Positions 30,090 through 32,000 of a stretch of 32,000 nucleotides of DNA are shown here, one piece after another. This DNA comes from Promethearchaeum syntrophicum (GTDB lineage: Archaea > Asgardarchaeota > Lokiarchaeia > Sigyniarchaeales > Promethearchaeaceae). The stretch is taken from NCBI RefSeq assembly GCF_008000775.2, contig NZ_CP042905.2, positions 1,680,001 through 1,712,000 of the forward strand. The letters are read 5' to 3'. The translations under genes and the position numbers were made by a program. Positions within the stretch are counted from its first letter, which is position 1. Each line of letters opens with the position of its first letter. The notes below the pieces were generated by a model that worked only from the letters and a program-made list of their open reading frames with translations, did not search any database and was not told the DNA's origin.

Positions 30090-31073
30090 ATGATTCTACA
30101 AACTAACATTTATGAATTTCTTGATTATGCGATAATTGGAATACTCGGATTAATGAATTTTTTAGTATTTATTTTGTTGATTGTTGTTGGGGTAAGTAAT
30201 TTCAAAAAAGCACTTGGTCCCGATTGTAAGAAAGGATTTTCAAGGTTTTTCGTGGCGTTTCTCGTCTTTTTAATGTTTTCTACGTTTATGGATTTTGCTT
30301 ATTCTTTAACTTATAAAATATTTTATATCCAAACTGTTGAGAATGAATTCTATTCAGTAGGTTATTTTAATTATATTGTGAATACGATTTGGGGAATTAC
30401 ATACGGGCTTGGTGTTCTGAATAAACTAATTGCTTTTCTTCTACTTTTTAGTGCTATGGAGATTAAATTGTTCAATAAGAAATCCAAGTGGAAATTCGGA
30501 ATTCTAACCGTAATTTTGCTTGGAAGTATATTTATCATGGAAATAGTCAAAATTACATTAAGATTTACTATAGGTGGGATTGGATCTGCTATAACAACTC
30601 TAACTGTAGGGGTCCTTTCCAGTTTGGATTACATTATATTGGCAATTGCTATTCGTTATTTACTGAAAAGAACTGGTAAGGAGAACGAATCGCTTAAAGT
30701 TTATACTAAACCGATAGCTATTGGTGTGCTCTTTTTATTTAATTTTAATTCCATAATTCAAATTTTACAATATATTCGCGGTTTTATTGACTACTTTTTT
30801 AACATAAATAGTTATTATGATTATGATGAACTACTTTATTGGATTAATATTGGATTGTTCTTCCTTACAAGTCTTTTGTTTATAATTGGAATAATTCTTC
30901 TAGCAGTAGGTGCAATCAAGACAATGTCTGTACCCTTAACCTTTTCAAAGAAAAAAGGTGTCAAAGGTGCCCCGCGACAAGCAGTAAATAAAAAACAAAA
31001 TACTTGTCCAAGTTGTAATACTCCTCTCCCCCCTGGAGCAGAATTTTGCACAAATTGTGGAAACCATCTGTAA
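30090..31073 (+). CDS. Multi-pass membrane protein with C-terminal zinc ribbon
   Basis: Multiple TM segments followed by CPSCNTPLPPGAEFCTNCGNHL. Confidence 0.65.
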   Translation: MILQTNIYEFLDYAIIGILGLMNFLVFILLIVVGVSNFKKALGPDCKKGFSRFFVAFLVFLMFSTFMDFAYSLTYKIFYIQTVENEFYSVGYFNYIVNTIWGITYGLGVLNKLIAFLLLFSAMEIKLFNKKSKWKFGILTVILLGSIFIMEIVKITLRFTIGGIGSAITTLTVGVLSSLDYIILAIAIRYLLKRTGKENESLKVYTKPIAIGVLFLFNFNSIIQILQYIRGFIDYFFNINSYYDYDELLYWINIGLFFLTSLLFIIGIILLAVGAIKTMSVPLTFSKKKGVKGAPRQAVNKKQNTCPSCNTPLPPGAEFCTNCGNHL

Positions 31074-31238
31074 TTCAATTTCGTGACATTTTTTTATTTT
31101 CTTTTTTCTTTCATTCTACAATGCTTTTTCTTTGAGATATGATTCTGATCTCTTCCAATCACATTCGTTTACTCTTTCTCTAGTTAATTTTAGGATATTT
31201 TCTGTCAAAAGACCCCCCTTCGCCTCCATTGAGATTGC

Positions 31239-31285
31239 AAGTTTACGGTATAAGATACTTTCAGCCATGAAGTTTACGGTACAAG
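31239..31285. repeat. Two direct copies of AAGTTTACGGTAYAAG (31239-31254, 31270-31285)
   Basis: 15/16 identical by direct reading, 31-nt period, in the intergenic strip left of the mobile element. Confidence 0.6.
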
Positions 31286-31386
31286 CCATTCTCCAAATTT
31301 TTATAAAGGAAGTCGACAAAATAATTATCACGGAGTCATATCAACACCAACTCCCCCGAATGTGATTGGAGAACAATTAATAATTT

Positions 31387-31570
31387 ATGTGTCTTGAACC
31401 AGGCACATCGAAAAAAAGTATGTCATTCCGCGCGTGGGGAACCCTTTCATCGAAAATTGGTGGAGGAGGTTCTCAGGGTCAAGCAATCTTTCAGAGATAT
31501 TGGGATGTTTGCCTCTTGGCGAGCAGGTGGGAACTCAGCACCGCAACAGCTCGTTCGAAGGGGGAACCCC
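31387..31570 (+). ncRNA. Candidate IS110 bridge RNA (boundaries unverified)
   Basis: Hairpins read by eye: ATGTGTC/GGCACAT (31387-31408); GGGAACC+CTTTCATC/GGTGGAGG+A+GGTTCTC (31437-31474); CGAGC[GGTG/CACC]GCTCG (31520-31553); GGGG-GAA-CCCC (31560-31570). Located upstream of the transposase where IS110 bridge RNAs are encoded. Confidence 0.5.
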
Positions 31571-31717
31571 ATGCCACGAAATTTCGGCTATCCCCTGTGC
31601 AGCTGATGCAATCCTTCGGGTTTTTTCACCCACGGGAGGAACCGAGACCGCAGCCGGACGATCACTAAGAGGGGGGGAAATGACACCGTGTCCTTGAGGG
31701 TAAGAAAAGACCTAAAA

Positions 31718-31779
31718 GGAGGTATGGCAGGATGCGAACACACCCTGCCATGTACGCGAATTCAATCACAGTGAATTCG
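31718..31779 (+). promoter_or_regulatory. Shine-Dalgarno (GGAGGT 31718-31723) followed by two perfect 8-bp hairpins
   Basis: ATGGCAGG(31724-31731)...CCTGCCAT(31744-31751) with the ATG at 31732 in the loop; CGAATTCA(31757-31764)...TGAATTCG(31772-31779). Confidence 0.6.
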
Positions 31780-32000
31780 GTGAATAAAATGATTTCAGCA
31801 AAGCAAAAAAAACCTTCGATCGAGCGTATTCGACGTACCCCAAGAAATCCGGAAGTGGTGAAAGTCCTCAAAGAAGTCACCGCCTTTGGAATTGGATTGG
31901 ATGTGCATAAAGACTCGATTGCCCTCTGCATGAGCGGACGCCTTCCTTCTGGAGAAACCTTGGTGATCCGTGAACATACTTTCCGCAACCACCATCAAGG
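31732..32000 (+). CDS. IS110-family (DEDD) transposase/recombinase, N-terminal part, truncated by the window end
   Basis: Open frame to the window end, absent from the track: MRTHPAMYANSITVNSVNKMISAKQKKPSIERIRRTPRNPEVVKVLKEVTAFGIGLDVHKDSIALCMSGRLPSGETLVIREHTFRNHHQ; GIGLDVHKDSI is the first Asp motif of the IS110 RuvC-like domain. Confidence 0.8.
   Translation, partial: MRTHPAMYANSITVNSVNKMISAKQKKPSIERIRRTPRNPEVVKVLKEVTAFGIGLDVHKDSIALCMSGRLPSGETLVIREHTFRNHHQ

Larger units (their letters stand above)
31387..32000 (+). mobile_element. IS110-family insertion sequence, left portion (truncated by window end; left boundary approximate)
   Basis: Abrupt shift from AT-rich host DNA to GC-richer sequence near 31387, a structured leader, then an IS110-like transposase N-terminus. 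No right end visible. Confidence 0.7.

Noticed and set aside
31387-31697. Three overlapping + strand ORFs (31387-31668, 31394-31606, 31434-31697) as real genes
   Set aside because: All three frames are simultaneously open because the region is GC-richer; products are Arg/Gly/Ser-rich without a recognisable domain, and hairpins span them.
31387-31720. Group II intron 5' end (starts near GTGTC, structured RNA)
   Set aside because: No domain V-like hairpin or reverse transcriptase seen, and the downstream ORF is an IS110-like transposase.
31665-31998. Minus-strand ORFs 31665-31988 and 31795-31998
   Set aside because: Antisense shadows of the IS110-like transposase frame, which has a clear family motif.
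1-32000. CRISPR arrays, tRNA or rRNA genes
   Set aside because: No regularly spaced repeats with spacers and no cloverleaf or rRNA-like sequence was seen by eye; a tRNAscan/CRISPR search would be needed to exclude them fully.

Overview
AT-rich archaeal chromosome fragment, most likely Asgard-type: it carries an ESCRT-III/Snf7-like gene, an eL33/L35Ae ribosomal protein, a PAC2-family protein and an XPD-like helicase. About 31 kb is gene-dense chromosome: XPD helicase, hemolysin III, GT5-like glycogen synthase, PAC2, L35Ae, amidohydrolase, two VapBC-like pairs, a B-box/coiled-coil/PH-like protein, GH57, an ESCRT-III gene inside a minus-strand run of membrane/unknown genes, LRR protein, pyruvate kinase, ICMT-like and DM13 proteins, a paired ABC exporter, an ECF-S-like protein and several zinc-ribbon proteins. 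Two things are missing from the ORF track. (1) At the right edge (about 31387-32000) a GC-richer mobile element begins. It has the 5' end of an IS110-family DEDD transposase, preceded by about 340 nt of highly structured non-coding sequence that is a candidate bridge RNA, plus two perfect 8-bp hairpins around the translation start. (2) At 19353-19736 there is a decayed C-terminus of archaeal-type 3-dehydroquinate synthase (DHQS II) with two in-frame TAA stops. The first CDS is also cut by the left window edge rather than starting at 63. All family calls come from reading motifs by eye; no searches or folding programs were run.
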